This document shows, in pieces, positions 51,100-63,877 of a stretch of 63,877 nt of DNA. The position numbers and the translations under genes were made by a program. Below the pieces are notes generated by a model. The model ran no database searches. It saw nothing but the letters and a program-made list of their open reading frames with translations, and had not been told where the DNA came from. Origin of the DNA: Eledone cirrhosa (taxonomy: Eukaryota); NCBI GenBank assembly GCA_964016885.1, contig OZ024749.1:682124-746000 (forward strand). Reading direction: 5' to 3'. Position 1 is the first letter of the stretch, and every line of letters begins with the position of its first letter.

Positions 51100-51144
51100 G
51101 CTAATGATCATTTCATCCAGACATAAGTTTGGAATCATCAGAAC
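51100..51144 (-). ncRNA. Type I minimal hammerhead motif
   Basis: GTT-CTGATGA-TTCCAAAC/GTCTGGAT-GAAA-TGATCA-TT-AGC; overlaps the left arm of inverted repeat 51064-51110/51185-51231. Confidence 0.65.
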
Positions 51145-51355
51145 ATAGAAAGGTTAAAACAAATATATTCCTATTCACTTGAACGATCGTAAGCTATTAA
51201 ATGTTTTAAACACCATTTGATTGTAATTTATGTTGTGTTTTTGCTCTGTATTATACTTGATATTGAGCTACTTTCTTACTGGTAATCGGGTAACATATAA
51301 CATTACCCTTATTATATATATTCTTATATATAAATATAATTATTATATATATATA

Positions 51356-52925
51356 TCTAATATATATTTGTGAAATGGGCGGTGGTTGAAATTCAGATGT
51401 GCACGGTTAAATGGTAGTAGACGTGGTCGGACTGACATGAAAATTTACACACCTATGTAAAAAGTGCCAAGGAAGCAAATAGACGAGGTTTCAAATCTCT
51501 AACTTGAAAAATGTGGTCCCTGGGGCCCCAAAACTATCGCGTTCGGTGAGTTATTTCCCCCTGTTCTAATACTTTTATCTTATTTACAATTTTATACACA
51601 TTTTTAAACTCATCAACGTTCTTTCGCTGTTAACATACAGTACCAATAATTTGAAATATATTATTGAAAGTTTATTTTAAAGAAGCAGTTTTAGGAAAAA
51701 GTGTAAACTATCATACAAACCTTCATAATATGCATTTTTAAACTTGCATATCATCGATATTGCTATTTCGCTGTTAATAAACTATCATCCTTCTACATTT
51801 AACGATCATACAGTACCGTTTTATGAAATCGATTCTGCAGTACGGTCACTGTTTTCCATCAAAAGAAATAAAACCCTTGGCGATACTTGGTTTTAGTGTC
51901 CTAAATTATCATCATCGACATTCAATTATTAGCTCCACCTACTACACGATACGTCACGAAGGTAAATATTGTTTAAAGACATTTTTTTTCTGTTGTTAAA
52001 AACTGTAAATCTGTTTTTAAAAAAAATGTATTTCGCAGCAATTTTTTTTCTGTTAAAAACTGTAAATAAATATTCATGTAAAAATGAAGCATAGTGTTTC
52101 GGTTAAATACATTTTTTTAAAAACAGATTTACAGTTTTAAACAACAGAAAAAAAATTTCTTTAAACAATATATTGTTGCGATATACAGTTTAACATTTTT
52201 TCGAAACATTTACCTTCGTGACATATCGTGTGTTTAAAAAAAAATGTATTTCGCAGCAATTTTTTTTCTGTTAAAAACTGTAAATAAATATTCATGTAAA
52301 AATGAAGCATAGTGTTTCGGTTAAAAACTTAAAAACTGTAAATAAATATTCATGTAAAAATGAAACAGTTTTTCTGTAAAAAACTGTAAATAAATATTTA
52401 TTTTGTTCAAAAAATAAATAAAAAATCTAATTTTCTCTGTTAATATTTTAATAAATATTTATTCTAAAAATTCAATGTTTTTTCGTGTAAAAATGAACAT
52501 GTAAGAAAATGAACATGTAGAAATCAAGCCGCAGCAGCTGATGACGTGTCGTGACGTATTGTGTAGTGGGTGGAGCTAATAATTGAATGTCGATGATGAT
52601 AATTTAGGACACTAAAACCAAGTATCGCCAAACCCTTAAATTGCGAAGAAGGGGCGCGTGTTTTTATTTTAATTCTAATACATGTTAACCACTACTAACA
52701 GTAAGTAGTATTTTTCAAATTGCGTATCATCGACATTGCTATTTCGCTGTTAATAAACAACGCTTTTCACGTCGCTCCACTTCTCATTGTACGCCGTCCA
52801 GCCCCAAGTGCACATTTCTATTTTTTTTTCTGAAACTGATTCTTTATAATAAACTTTCAATAATATTTTTCAAATTATTAACTTAATAAAAACTGGCCCC
52901 GGGTGCAACCGGGCTCAGCTGCTAG
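51356..52925 (+). mobile_element. Non-autonomous Helitron with internal nested inverted repeats
   Basis: A|TC start, subterminal CCCGG..CCGGG hairpin, CTAG|T end. Confidence 0.75.
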
Positions 52926-53756
52926 TATATATATATACAGAGATATGTTGATATATGTGTGTGTTATTTCTCTCTGTCTAGGCCAATGTACTATAAAGTA
53001 TTTTATCTCCCTCTGTATGTCTTCATATATTTTAATATCTAGGTCAATGCTTCATCTAATACATTTGAGATAATATTTCCAACTAGAATACAATACTTAT
53101 GTTTCATTTAATTTGTCTAATTGTTGCGTCAGTTGTATGTGTTGATATGATATTTATTTCTGTTATCTATTGAGCGCCCCCACCCCTCCCCTCTCCGTGT
53201 TCAGGTTTGACATGTTGCTATAGCACTGATGAGCTTTTCTTCTCCTTACGTTCTTGCTAGTGTTTCTTTAATCTGTAGTGACCCCTAGCGGTGAAATCCA
53301 GAAGTAATGAGAGTTACGTCCCTTGTGGATTGTAGTGACTCCTAGCGTCGAGAACTCAGAAGTAATGAGTTACGTCCCCATGGGGACTACATATTGAGAC
53401 AGCGAGAGACCTCTTCCTCTCTTACACGGCCAACAGTCCGAGAATCAAGATGCAATTCTGCCTTCTCCGACTTTTAGTTCACCTACTCCAGTGAACATGT
53501 TAAGAGCAACTCTCTCACTACTAACAACCCCATGAACCAACTACACAGATAACGTCAACAACTTTTGTGACTTATTGGTAATGTGTTTATTGTTCTATTT
53601 TGACCTCAATGAAGTAAACCTTTGTACAAAAAGTAACTCAGCCATTCTTATTCTTTCCACAACAACTGTTACAATAATAACTGTACTAATACCATTCTTC
53701 TAAAAATCTTTCTCTTATTTTATGGGCTGTCTCTCATATGTATGTCGTCTTGTTTC

Positions 53757-54165
53757 TGCCTCGTCAAATTATGGAGGCCACACACATAATAGAAGATGGA
53801 CCTAAGCTGAACAGAAAACATGAGTGGTATAGGAACAGTCCGCAACTTAATGACAGAACCAGCAAAAGATACAAACCCACACACACATAAACACATTCAC
53901 ACACAGTCGAAGGTGTAGACGCACATGAATCATGAAAAATGCACCACAAAACAAAGACAAGATGGAGTAGAAGTAGAAGACCAGAAAAAAAGAGGAGGCA
54001 CAAAACAGATAGTTATTGAGGAGGTCACAGAATGTGTGACAAAAGAACTTCGACAAACAAATGAATAAGGGGCAATAAAGATAAAGTGAAAATTATATGG
54101 TGTGTGTGTGTTTATTTCTGATGGCAATATTGGCAACATGACCATCCCTAAATATAACAACATAT
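53757..54165 (+). mobile_element. Diverged Naiad-type 3' fragment with decayed hammerhead (54010-54055)
   Basis: RQIMEATHI..PKLNRKHE; TTGAGGA-G-GTCACA/TGTGAC-AAAA; related tail. Confidence 0.65.
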
Positions 54166-54304
54166 ATATAGAGTTTATTGGTATGTAACGTTTAGTTACT
54201 ATTGGTTCACCAGTTTGAGCACTATTGAGTGAACTAATGTGGGTCCGATGTCAATGTGGTATTCTACGTTTAGTGTTACACTGTAGTCGGTATCCTTAAG
54301 TAGC

Positions 54305-54495
54305 AGTTGTTTCTAATTTTGGGACAAGGCCAGCCATTACCCAGTGCATTACTGGTACTTTATTTTATCGACACCGTAAGGATGAAAGGCAAAGTTAACC
54401 TCGGCGGGATTTGAATTCAGAATGGCAAGGGCCGTAACTCTATGCTGCAAAGCAGGGCGTCCGACCCTCTACCGATACTGCCAATCCACCGCCCA
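54305..54495 (-). mobile_element. tRNA-derived SINE (Meta-like), near full length
   Basis: A-box, B-box and central GCCTTTCATCCT..GTCGATAAAATAAAGTACCAG domain. Confidence 0.85.
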
Positions 54496-54741
54496 GAGTG
54501 TTAATAATAATTTTAAAAAAAGAGTAGGAATGAGGTATCAACATAACATCATTACATTTATAATGACGCTATAATGATACCTCATTCCTACTCCTTATTA
54601 TATATATATATGAATATATAAAATAAATAAGTCAAATGTTTAAAATTTAGCTTCGTTTATTACTGCTATATATATTTCGGTGACAGCCATCTTTGGCCAA
54701 TCTGCATACTGAGGTGTTGGTATACGACCAACATATACTCA

Positions 54742-54960
54742 AAATATATGAATATATATATATAAATGAATATATATATATAAATGAATATATATATATA
54801 TAAATGAATATATATATATATATAAATGAATATATATATATATATAAATGAATATATATATATATATATGAATATATATATATATATATGAATATGAATA
54901 TATATATATATATAAGTGAATATATATATATATATATAAATGAATATATATATATATATA
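54742..54960. repeat. (TA)n punctuated by AATGAA
   Basis: Periodic units of about 16-22 bp. Confidence 0.9.
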
Positions 54961-54984
54961 CACATAATTAAAACGAATGATAAG

Positions 54985-55300
54985 TCTTATTGGTGTTACT
55001 TCTAAATTTAAAGAAAGGTAGTATAACCATTGTCACTCATTTAAAACAAAAGATTTAGTACGGCCTTCTCTGAATTGATTTGGTCGCTTAAAAATAATAA
55101 TACTGAATATTCCCTTTCTTGGCAGAAACTTTCTCGTGCTTTGCCTTATGAAAATACATCTATATCTAAGGGATGTGACTTCTGTACCACAGCGATTCTC
55201 CATATCATTCAAAATATGCATTTAATTATAAATAAACGCTCTGAAATTTTTAGTTCTTGTCTTCATAAGTTTAGCAAAACGTTTCATAGGTATTTAGTTA
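54985..55300 (+). mobile_element. Hydra-type GIY-YIG fragment
   Basis: YIGVTS.FKER..H, IWSLKNNN..CDFC..INKRSEI..CLH. Confidence 0.78.
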
Positions 55301-55634
55301 AATTTAAAATAAAATTTTATATTAAATAAATAATATAACATTTTCTTTATATATAGTTTTCTGCAATTTTATTTATAAATCGTTAATAGGCTAGGCATTT
55401 ATTGGTAAGGTGGCATGAGACAAGGTTTCTACAGTTGCACGATGCAGTCAACCCTTGTGTGTTTACTGTGGGTTGCCCACTGGGTAGGTTGGAGCGGTCT
55501 GTCCCTGTAACTTGTACAGGGTCCCTGGGTAGATTAGTGTTACTCGGGTCAGTCCCGAGTCTACTGCTTTCCCCATCTTGACTCTGTTGGTGCCTATCAA
55601 AATGTCCTAAGTCTATTCCTATTGATAAATTGTA

Positions 55635-56395
55635 AACACGCAATCGGTGTTTACATGTGGTTACAAGTTCGTCTTTTTTGTTTAGGAGTTGGTCCTTCGT
55701 AAACAGCATTTGTAATGTTTCCTCCGAGCATAAGTTACACGGGCGGCATCTTCCCGTGTAGGAGTTGGCCCTGGACAGTAAACTCCAAGTAAGATTGTAT
55801 GTTATGTTATTATCTTGGAGGTCCCAGATGTGGCCCAAAAGTGTAGTGGCATGTCACCGGGCCGGGTTTCGGAACGTATGTCGGTGTTGGTAGAGCCGGG
55901 TCTTAAAGTCATAAGCGGTTAATCCTATATAGGCTTTGTTGGAGGTGTCCGTCCTCAAGTTGCATTAGTAGATCACGTTACGTTCTCGGCATCTGTTGTT
56001 GAGGGGGGTACGTAGATCTATCAGGGCAATTAGACCTCCTGGTCGGCTCTCCACTAATGTCTAGGTTGTTTCTTCCATAGGCATTGAGTTTCTTGTTGTT
56101 TGAGGAGGCGATGTTTTGTGCGAAGTTGGTGTGGTGCTGTAGGAGAGTTTGATAGTGTTTTTGTTGATTATGTTGTGGTAGCGGTGGGACCTCCAAGATA
56201 ATAACATAACATACAATCTTACTTGGAGCTTACTGTCCAGTGCTAACTTCTACACGGGAAGATGCCGTCCGTGTAACTTATGCTCGGAGGAAGCATTACA
56301 AATGCTGTTTATGAAGGACCAACTCCTAAACAAAAAAGACGAACTTGTAGCTGCATGTAAACACCGATTGCGTAGAACTTACCCCGCCCTCAAAC
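55635..56395. mobile_element. Hydra-type GIY-YIG fragment (-) plus an inverted copy of its C-terminus (+)
   Basis: NVIY..YIGLT..HIWDLQD..CNLC..LNKKDEL..CKH; 55638-55826 vs 56186-56373. Confidence 0.85.
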
Positions 56396-57057
56396 CCCCT
56401 CATGACCCGGGTGGGTAGACAATGGCTGCAACATCCTTCCTTTCCCTACTTGCCGAACAAGATAGGGGAAACCCCAGCTAACATAGGTATATGTACCTCT
56501 TTTCCTTTGTTTTTTTCTTCCCTTTGTCTCTTCCTATCACTTCCTTCCACTCCCTATCCTTTTCCTTTTCCCTCTTTTGACTACCCCGAGGCAGCCCATC
56601 GGTCTTTTGTAGCCTCAGTACCCCCACCCCAGTAAATTATATATAGCATTGGCCGAAAACGCAATACCAACTAATTATAGCAGCTGTTTTAGACTCTAGA
56701 GATTTTTTATCACTTCTTACTATCCAATTCTATAATTTTATATATATATAGGGAGACACCAAGCAGGCTTTGTTTACAAACTGTTAGCGAATTTAAAAAT
56801 CAGGTAGTAACATGTGCTTACGTCATATTTGACTAAATAGAATTAGTCTGTTAGTTGGGATTTTGAACCCTATGAATGGAAAAAAGGATGAGTATTGATA
56901 TTTTTGTTTGCCGGACCAATGTGTTACCATTACATGTAACTCTATGAAGTCAAATATGGCGTAAGCACAACCTGAATTGACCTATTATTTTTATCTAAAG
57001 ACATTTTTTCCAATTACACCCCACCCGTCCCTTCAATCTATCTAATTTTTCATTCTT

Positions 57058-57093
57058 TCTTCTGATGAAGGACTAGCGTCTGAAACGTTAAGA
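57058..57093 (+). ncRNA. Minimal hammerhead ribozyme
   Basis: TCTT-CTGATGA-A-GGAC/GTCT-GAAACG-TT-AAGA (palindromic ACGT stem III). Confidence 0.7.
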
Positions 57094-57312
57094 CTCTCTT
57101 CCTGCTATTTCAAGTGTTAACCTATTATATTCCTTCCATATACTGTACTGATTGTGTTTACCTTTTACATACCTAATACTAACACTTTGTACTGCACTCT
57201 TTGCTTTATGTTTTAACTATAATATATATCATCATCATCATCATCACCGTTTTACGTCCGTTCTTCCACGCTAGCATGGAAGTAGTTCCATAACAGTTAA
57301 TTCACCATTTCT

Positions 57313-57349
57313 GAGAATAATTGTTTCACCTTAGTCAGATCATCAGCTC
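57313..57349 (-). ncRNA. Degenerate hammerhead downstream of a GIY-YIG remnant
   Basis: GAG-CTGATGA-TCTGACTAAGGT-GAAA-CAATTA-TT-CTC. Confidence 0.55.
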
Positions 57350-57490
57350 GGTTTAAATAAGTACGGAAAAGGAAAAACAATTGTACAAATACGCATGTGC
57401 AGAAGTTACTTCCCAAAGGGAGTTAACCAATTAGATCTGTGATGGAGACAACGATGAAAACTTAGAATAATAATAGATTATTCATGTTAG

Positions 57491-57735
57491 TCAGTCTGGA
57501 GCTTTGTAATTACATAATAGGTGTTTCCAAATGTGCAGACAACGCGAGAAAAGCTCATTCCTTGAATTTAGATAAGCACTATTATGCCACTTCCTCAGGA
57601 TATTGATTCTTTCTTCAATGCACAGCCCACAAGATAGATTCCCATTTCTGTATGGCTTAGACTTAGTAATAACTTTCCATTGAATAGAAAAATCCACGCC
57701 TGCATCCTTGATGGACTATATGTGGCTCGCAAAGT
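57491..57735 (-). mobile_element. Hydra-type GIY-YIG C-terminal fragment
   Basis: FSIQWKVITKSKPY..CGLCIEE..LNSRNELFSRCLH. Confidence 0.8.
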
Positions 57736-58110
57736 GTACTTGTCTCCTCGGCTACTTCCATTTTTCCAAGTTTTCCATGCCTGTCTCTCGACCTTAATTG
57801 TTTCATCCACCTACTATTCCACCACCAGGTCACTCTCCTATTTCCTGGACCTTTACTCCAGCCACATATCTCATTTGTGGCATTCAGTAGATTGTCTCTC
57901 AGAAACTCCTACTCTCCTCTATATTGTATGTCACTATTTCTTCTTCCAAAATCGTTAAGGAAGATATCCCTAAATTTGTTACAGGCTGAGGACTCCTTCA
58001 ACTTCCTCCAGGTTACCATATGTCTCCCAGTAGCCCTAATTAGTAAGTCGCTGACTACCAGGTTATGCTGAGAGGTGCATCCCTCACCTGGGAGGGACTT
58101 TGTGTTTACA
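57735..58110 (-). mobile_element. RTE-type LINE internal fragment
   Basis: PGEGCTSQHNLVVSD..WRKLK..TWWWNSR; homologous to 63350-63877. Confidence 0.75.
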
Positions 58111-58139
58111 ACCATCATTGTCTGTGTGTGTTGTTTCCT

Positions 58140-58778
58140 CCTCATCATCATCGTTTAACATCTATCTTCCACGCTAGCATGGGTTAGATGGGAGTTGTCC
58201 CACTTGAGGCAAGATAGGTCGGGTGACCGTGTCTCGCTCGTATAGGACTATCTGGCAGGTTTTCTACGGTCGGATGCCCTTCCTAACACCAACCACATTT
58301 ACAGTGTGGACTGGGAACTTTTTACTGTGTTACCTATACGGACACATTACAGCGTGGACTGGGTTTTTTTTTGTCGTGACACCTATACAATCTCATTAGT
58401 TTGGACTGGATGTTCTGTGGTACCAACATAACTTTCAGCCTGTTGGTGGGAGTGGGGGGATGGAGTAGGGGTAGTTGGTTGGGGTGTATATTTGGTTTGG
58501 AGCGGCCTACTGACTGTAGGTTAACTTTGCATGTCGGCAAGGCAGGTCTTCTCTAATACTGCGTGGTGCCAAAGATCTTGGTCCAGTGACATTGTCTTAG
58601 AGAGGTGCAAGTGTGCTAGGTCGGACTTTATCATGCGTCCCAGGTTTTTCTGGGTCTACCTACTACGTAACTTCCCTCAATGTTGATCGCCCTGCACTTT
58701 TTTATACAGCAGTCATCTTTCATGCGCATCATGTGACCGTACCAACGTAGTCTTCTCTCGAGTAAACAGCATCTAATC
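58140..58778 (-). mobile_element. RTE-type LINE 3' end with 3'UTR
   Basis: ERRLRWYGHMMR..GRPRKTW and (GAT)n tail. Confidence 0.85.
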
Positions 58779-59167
58779 CCGAAAAATAGAAAGATAGAGG
58801 AGGGTGAGCAGTGGTAGAAACGAAAAAAGATTTCTTTGAGAAAAATTAGGTCTATCGAAAACACAGAGGTGGACAGCAGAGTAAGAGGAGGAAACTAGAG
58901 TGGGTACCTGGGTGAGAAATATTTTGTTAAGACAAATATTGATTAAAATACTTCAATTCTTCTAATGTCTTAGATTGTTGAAGAAATGTTTCAAATTACA
59001 TAAAATGTTAGCGTGGAAGATAAACATTAAATGATAATGATGATGATGATGATGTTATCAGACAAAAGTACTTATTGACATTCAGTTGTTAATACTGAAA
59101 TGAAAGATTACATCGAATCCTGGAAGTTCTTGTAGTTCCAGTTTATATCATTTCTAAATATATCTCC

Positions 59168-59365
59168 AAGGCTTAGTTCTATATAATATACTTAACTAAC
59201 AAGACTTGTTAGTTAAATATATAGAACCTAGTCTTGTTAGTTAAGTATATATATAGAACCAAGTCTTGTTAGTTAAGTATATATATATATAGAACCTAGT
59301 CTTGTTAGTTAAGTATATATATAGAACAAAATCTTGTTAGTTAAGTATATTATATAGAACCAGGC
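59168..59365. repeat. About 33-bp minisatellite with an inverted first unit
   Basis: GTCTTGTTAGTTAAGTATATATATAGAACC x about 5, preceded by its reverse complement. Confidence 0.9.
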
Positions 59366-60284
59366 TTTGAAGAATATTGATAACAGTCATCCGTCTTCTA
59401 AAAGTTTAAAGTCTGTTTTAAGCTTGGAGGTTCATCAGAATTTATCATGGTTTCATATTTCCTCTGCATTAAGTTACTGAAAATACAAGACTTCCCCTGG
59501 AGAGAATGCCAGTCCATTGTAGGGTTAAAGTCTGTCTGAAGCCTGGAGGCTCATCAGACTGGTGCTTATCTCAGTTTCCATGGTGTTAAGTGACTGAGAG
59601 CATCAGACTACTCCTAGTCAGTACTCAGGAACGTACTGGAGCAACGTGAAATGAAGTATTTTTCTCAAGAACATAACACACAACTTGGTCACCTGGACCA
59701 ATCCATGACAAGTCCAACATCTCAACCACTAGGCCAAGTTCCTTCACTCATTGTTTTCCTTTGTCATTAATTTAAATATGGATTGATGTTCATGTTCACC
59801 TTCAACTTTCATCTTCCCAGGATCAATAAAATAAAGTAACAGTTAAGTACAGGGGTTGATATAATTGATTTCTACATCCTATCAAATCAAGCACCTGTCA
59901 CCATAATTTTTTCGTTTGGTTTTTCCAAGCTTGCATGGGTCAGATAGTTTCTCTGTAACTTTCCACCACTCCACCTGGGCTGTATTAACCCATGGCAGAG
60001 ACACTAAGCTTTCAGGTATTTGGGGCCTTTTCTATAACAGCTCCCTGCTCCAACTCCAGTCTCTGCAGGGCCTTAAGGCTTCAGTTGAGTCAGCTTTTTG
60101 AATAATCTAGCCCTGTTTTCTAGCTATTGCATTCCTTTATTTCTCTGGTGTGAGGTTGAACATTTTGAAATTAGCTTTCACAACTTCTACTCATGTCTTC
60201 TTTTGTCATCCTCTTCTGCAGCTTCCTTCCACTTCTCAGAATTTTGACTAAGATCAAAGTGTAGTAACATTTCTGGTGAGCGTA

Positions 60285-60575
60285 GAAACCAGCGGGTCGC
60301 ACCAGGTAGAGCCGCTACTTCTCCAAATTGAGAAATCACAGCTCCGATACTACTGACATTTGGTTAGAGTATCTCAGGAAAGAATTGAGCCAACAGGAGA
60401 CCCAGGGGTAGACCCCGGGCAAGATAGTTGGATAACATCCATAAGCTTGGCTGGTCTCACTTCTGGATCCAGCTGGATCTGTTGGAAATGGTTGCTTCTG
60501 ACAGGACCCGCTAGAAGGAATGTTTGAGGACTCTGCCTCCTTGACCCTCTCAGGAACAAATGGGAGGAGGAGGGT
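60285..60575 (+). mobile_element. RTE (Expander/Rex3-like) 3' fragment
   Basis: VEPLLLQIEKSQLRY..RPRGRPRAR. Confidence 0.75.
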
Positions 60576-61378
60576 TGGTCATGCATGGAATGCCTTTGAC
60601 CATAAGTCTTGGTTCATTCTGACTTTTTGCACTCCGAGATCAAATGTTACTGAGGTCAACTGTACTATTTATCCTTCAGAAATCAAGAAATCAAGTTCCA
60701 ATCTCTGATTAGCAGAATTGTTAGAGCCTCAAATGAAGGTCTAGTGCAATTTGATTCCTGCACTGAAATCCCACCATTGGCCAGAGCTAATCACCTGATC
60801 ATGGGACCACAACTGATTAGGATAGATGCAATGGGTAGGTGGAGGAGGATTGTGAGCTGTCTGCAACAAAACGAGTCAAAAGATGATGATGGTGATAACA
60901 ATGATGATGGTCATGATGATAACTATGGTAATGATGATGGTGATGACTGACAAAAGTCAAAGCTAACAGCAGAACATCAAAGACCCTTTGTAGTTCTTAT
61001 AACAGCAACAACAAAACAACTACAGCAACAACAACTACAATAACATGTTTAACATCTACAACAACTACAAAAACAGCAACAACAACTTTAACATCTACAA
61101 AACAAGAACAACTGCAACAACTGCAACAACTACAGCAAAAGGTTCGAGCAGTTAAGAATAAAGTAGTAACATTTCCCAGATTGATTTCTCATTAATGCAA
61201 ACCAGCAATTATGAAAGGTCAACTTATTAATTGCATCTATTATTTGTTTGTGTCATTTGATCTCATTTATGGTGGCTACAAGGTCAACTGAATTGAACTT
61301 TCTTATGGGCATATGTTGAGCTGGATTGTTGATCCAGTCTAGAAATGTCTGTTGAGCTAGGTTGTTGAGTTTTCTTAA

Positions 61379-61631
61379 CCCTTTAGCATTTAAACTGGCC
61401 ATATCCGGCCAGAATTCTCTCACCTTTTTCTGTTCAAACTGGCTGTAACTGGCCAATCATACTGATGTTAAGGTATTTTTCTCAAAATATAGATTTGATA
61501 TTATGTGAGATATTGATATTATATATTTTGAGAAAAATACCTTAACGTCAGTATGATTTTACATTATATGTGGTAAAGCCTTTACCATGAATATACAATA
61601 GTAAATATAGAGTAATGTAAATGCTAAAGGG
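61379..61631. mobile_element. piggyBac-type MITE inserted in a 36-bp minisatellite
   Basis: TTAA|CCCTTTAGCATTTA..TAAATGCTAAAGGG|TTAA; flanking TGTTGAGCTGGGTTGTTGATCCAG-like units at 61314-61800. Confidence 0.85.
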
Positions 61632-62084
61632 TTAAGGGCTTATGTTGAGCTGAGTTGTTGTTCCAGGTTAGGAGTTTCTACTAGGCTAGGTTGCTGATCC
61701 AGTCTAGGAGTTTCTGTTGTGATGGGTTGTTGATATTTCCAAGGGATATCTATTGAGCTGGGATGATGATTCTTTCCTAAAGAGGTTCTTCTGAGCTGGG
61801 GAATTTTTTCAGATTTTTGTTTTTGTTTGGTGAGATTCCTGCCATTGTGGTTCCACTTATTCTGTAGGAAAGATATAAGAATTGAAGTTCCAGAGAGCTG
61901 CCACTTTAGTCAGTAAGAATGATTAGCCCTAAAGGTCAGTGTGAGGTCTAGGGGGAGGGGGGTTAAGGCTTGACACAATATAAGGAGTGAGAGGAACAGA
62001 GATGAGTACATTGAGAAGTTTGAGAGTTTTGCACAAGTTCAATGAAGACTTATTCTGCTCACATGAGAGTTAAGCAGCTGCTAC

Positions 62085-62285
62085 ATTACAGGACATCTCT
62101 TGGATGGGTCACCAGTCTGACATAAGGTAACCCCCAGCTGCCACCATTGGTTCTCATTTTCATCTGAGTGGACTGAAGCAATGTGAAAATAAAATGCCTT
62201 GCTCAAGAACACAATGCACCACCTCAACCAGTCCAGGAATCGAACTTATCTTCAGTTGAATACCCTAGCCACTAGGCCATGTGTC
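62085..62285 (-). mobile_element. tRNA-derived SINE
   Basis: TGGCCTAGTGG A-box and GTTCGATTC B-box on the minus strand; related copy at 59500-59745. Confidence 0.65.
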
Positions 62286-62671
62286 TTTTATGTAAACATT
62301 TAATGAATGTAAAATATAAACTTGAATAACTTAAATTAAAGAATTGGTTACTGCAGGAAGGAGAACAAGGGTTGCAGTGCTGGGGTTGTGTGTGTAGTGT
62401 GATGGAAGTGTGGTAGCCATGACAGCAACATGGTAAAAAGCAGAGCATCTGTTACAAATTAGAAGGTGATTGCAGAGAGATAGAAAAGAAGACCAATAAA
62501 AACAAGAATAAATTATGTAATTTTTCCTTTTTATTCCAAATGCCATCACTATCATTACTATATTGATGACCTTTAACACTATTATCATCACCATCATCAT
62601 CATCACTATTACCAACACCATCATCATCATCACTACTATCATACCTTGAAGTCTGATTGGTCAAAGTAACA

Positions 62672-63150
62672 CATCATCATCATCGTTTAACGTCTATCTT
62701 CCACGCTAGCATGGGTTTAGACGGGAATTGTCCCACTTGAGGCAAGATTGGTTGTCTCGCCCGTATAGGACTGTCTGGCAGGTTTTCTACGGCTGGATGC
62801 CCTTCCTAACACCAACCACGTTTACAGTGTGGACTGGGAGGTTTTTACCGTGTTACCTATACGGCCACATTACAGCATGGACTGTGTGTTTTTTGTTGTG
62901 ACACCTACACGACCTCATTTATTTAGGACTGGATGTTGTGGTACCAACATAACTTTACATCGAAAGGGGTGGTGTTGATGGGGGTGGGGGTGTTGGGGTA
63001 GTGGGATGAGGGTATATATTTGGTTAAGAGGTGCCTACTGATTGTAGGTTTCGCTTTGTATATGGGCAAGGTGGGTCTTCTGTATTACTATGTAGCGCCA
63101 AAGATCTTGGTCCAGTGACATTGTCTTAGAGAGGTGTAAGTGTGTGAGGT
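62672..63150 (-). mobile_element. RTE-type LINE 3'UTR
   Basis: Homologous to 58140-58620. Confidence 0.8.
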
Positions 63151-63214
63151 CCTTCTATTGGATCGATTTGGGGCAGACTATCTTTTTCCTATTTATTCTC
63201 CTCATTTAGTAGCC

Positions 63215-63877
63215 TCTGGTAGTGACACTTCCAAGCTACCTTCTTATCAGCATCAGTGATGGCAAATACACCATCATCATTACGGACACACTTCTCCCTG
63301 ACAATATCACGGTTTTCCTTGACACATTGCCTAGCAATCCTGAACACCTCACGTTTTGGTCCTCGCATTGTAGAACATGCTTGAACTTTCTTTCCTCTGC
63401 TTTCCTTCTTGCCAAGTACACTTGTCTCCTAGCGTCTCTCCTGGCCACTTGATAGTGCTCTCTACCTCCCCCATCCTGCCATATTTTCCAAGCTTGCTTT
63501 TTGGCCTTGATTGACTCCTCTACCTTACTATTCCACCACCAAGTTACTCTCCTCCTGCCTATAGGTGTGCTCCAGCCACAGATTTCATCTGTTGCCTTCA
63601 GCAGGTTAACTTTCAGGAATTCCCACTGTTCCTCTATATTGTACGTCTCTAATTGCTCTTCCTTACTATCAAAAGCATCAAGTAATATGCTTTAAAATTT
63701 GTTACTGGCTGTGGGGTCCTTTAACTTCCATATTCTTCTCCTCAGAGTAGTCCTCCTCTGTTGTCGAGTACGTCTAGTCCTGACTATGAGGTCACTAACT
63801 ATGAGGCTATGTTGGAAGGTGCATTCTTCACGGGGGAGGGATTTAGTGTTTACAACAGACACTCTGTCATGTCTTCT
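63215..63877 (-). mobile_element. RTE-type LINE internal fragment (EN-RT linker), continues beyond the window
   Basis: PREECTFQHSLIVSD..RIWKLKDP..TWWWNSKV..ARRDARRQVYLAR. Confidence 0.8.

Noticed and set aside
53226-53385. CTGATGA upstream of a duplicated GAAA-containing unit of about 57 bp
   Set aside because: No compatible stems around the core
60886-61135. Asp-rich and Thr/Gln-rich reading frames
   Set aside because: Degenerate (GAT)n and (CAA)n microsatellites without splice or coding support

Overview
AT-rich eukaryotic DNA, almost entirely repeats. The SINE/RTE repertoire and dense (TA)n tracts suggest an octopod cephalopod; this is an inference from repeat motifs, not a database result. 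No complete protein-coding gene is visible, but there is a candidate promoter/first exon at ~16.5 kb (minus strand) and possible downstream exons. Penelope-like element (PLE) remnants dominate: Naiad-type and Hydra-type RT/GIY-YIG fragments, mostly abutting (TA)n, with about 19 type-I hammerhead ribozyme motifs (intact, partial or decayed) from several families and many local inverted duplications. Also present are RTE, CR1-like, HERO, CRE and Dong/R4 LINE fragments, a DD37D (maT) transposon, Helitron-type non-autonomous elements, piggyBac/hAT MITEs and tRNA-SINEs. The standout observation concerns two 612-bp copies of a non-autonomous RTE-type element flanking a truncated RTE. One copy has 20 A-to-G changes (sense strand) in 102 bp, none at an A preceded by G. 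This looks like an ADAR-hyper-edited RNA that was reverse-transcribed back into the genome. All alignments and folds were done by eye, and element boundaries are approximate unless termini are quoted.
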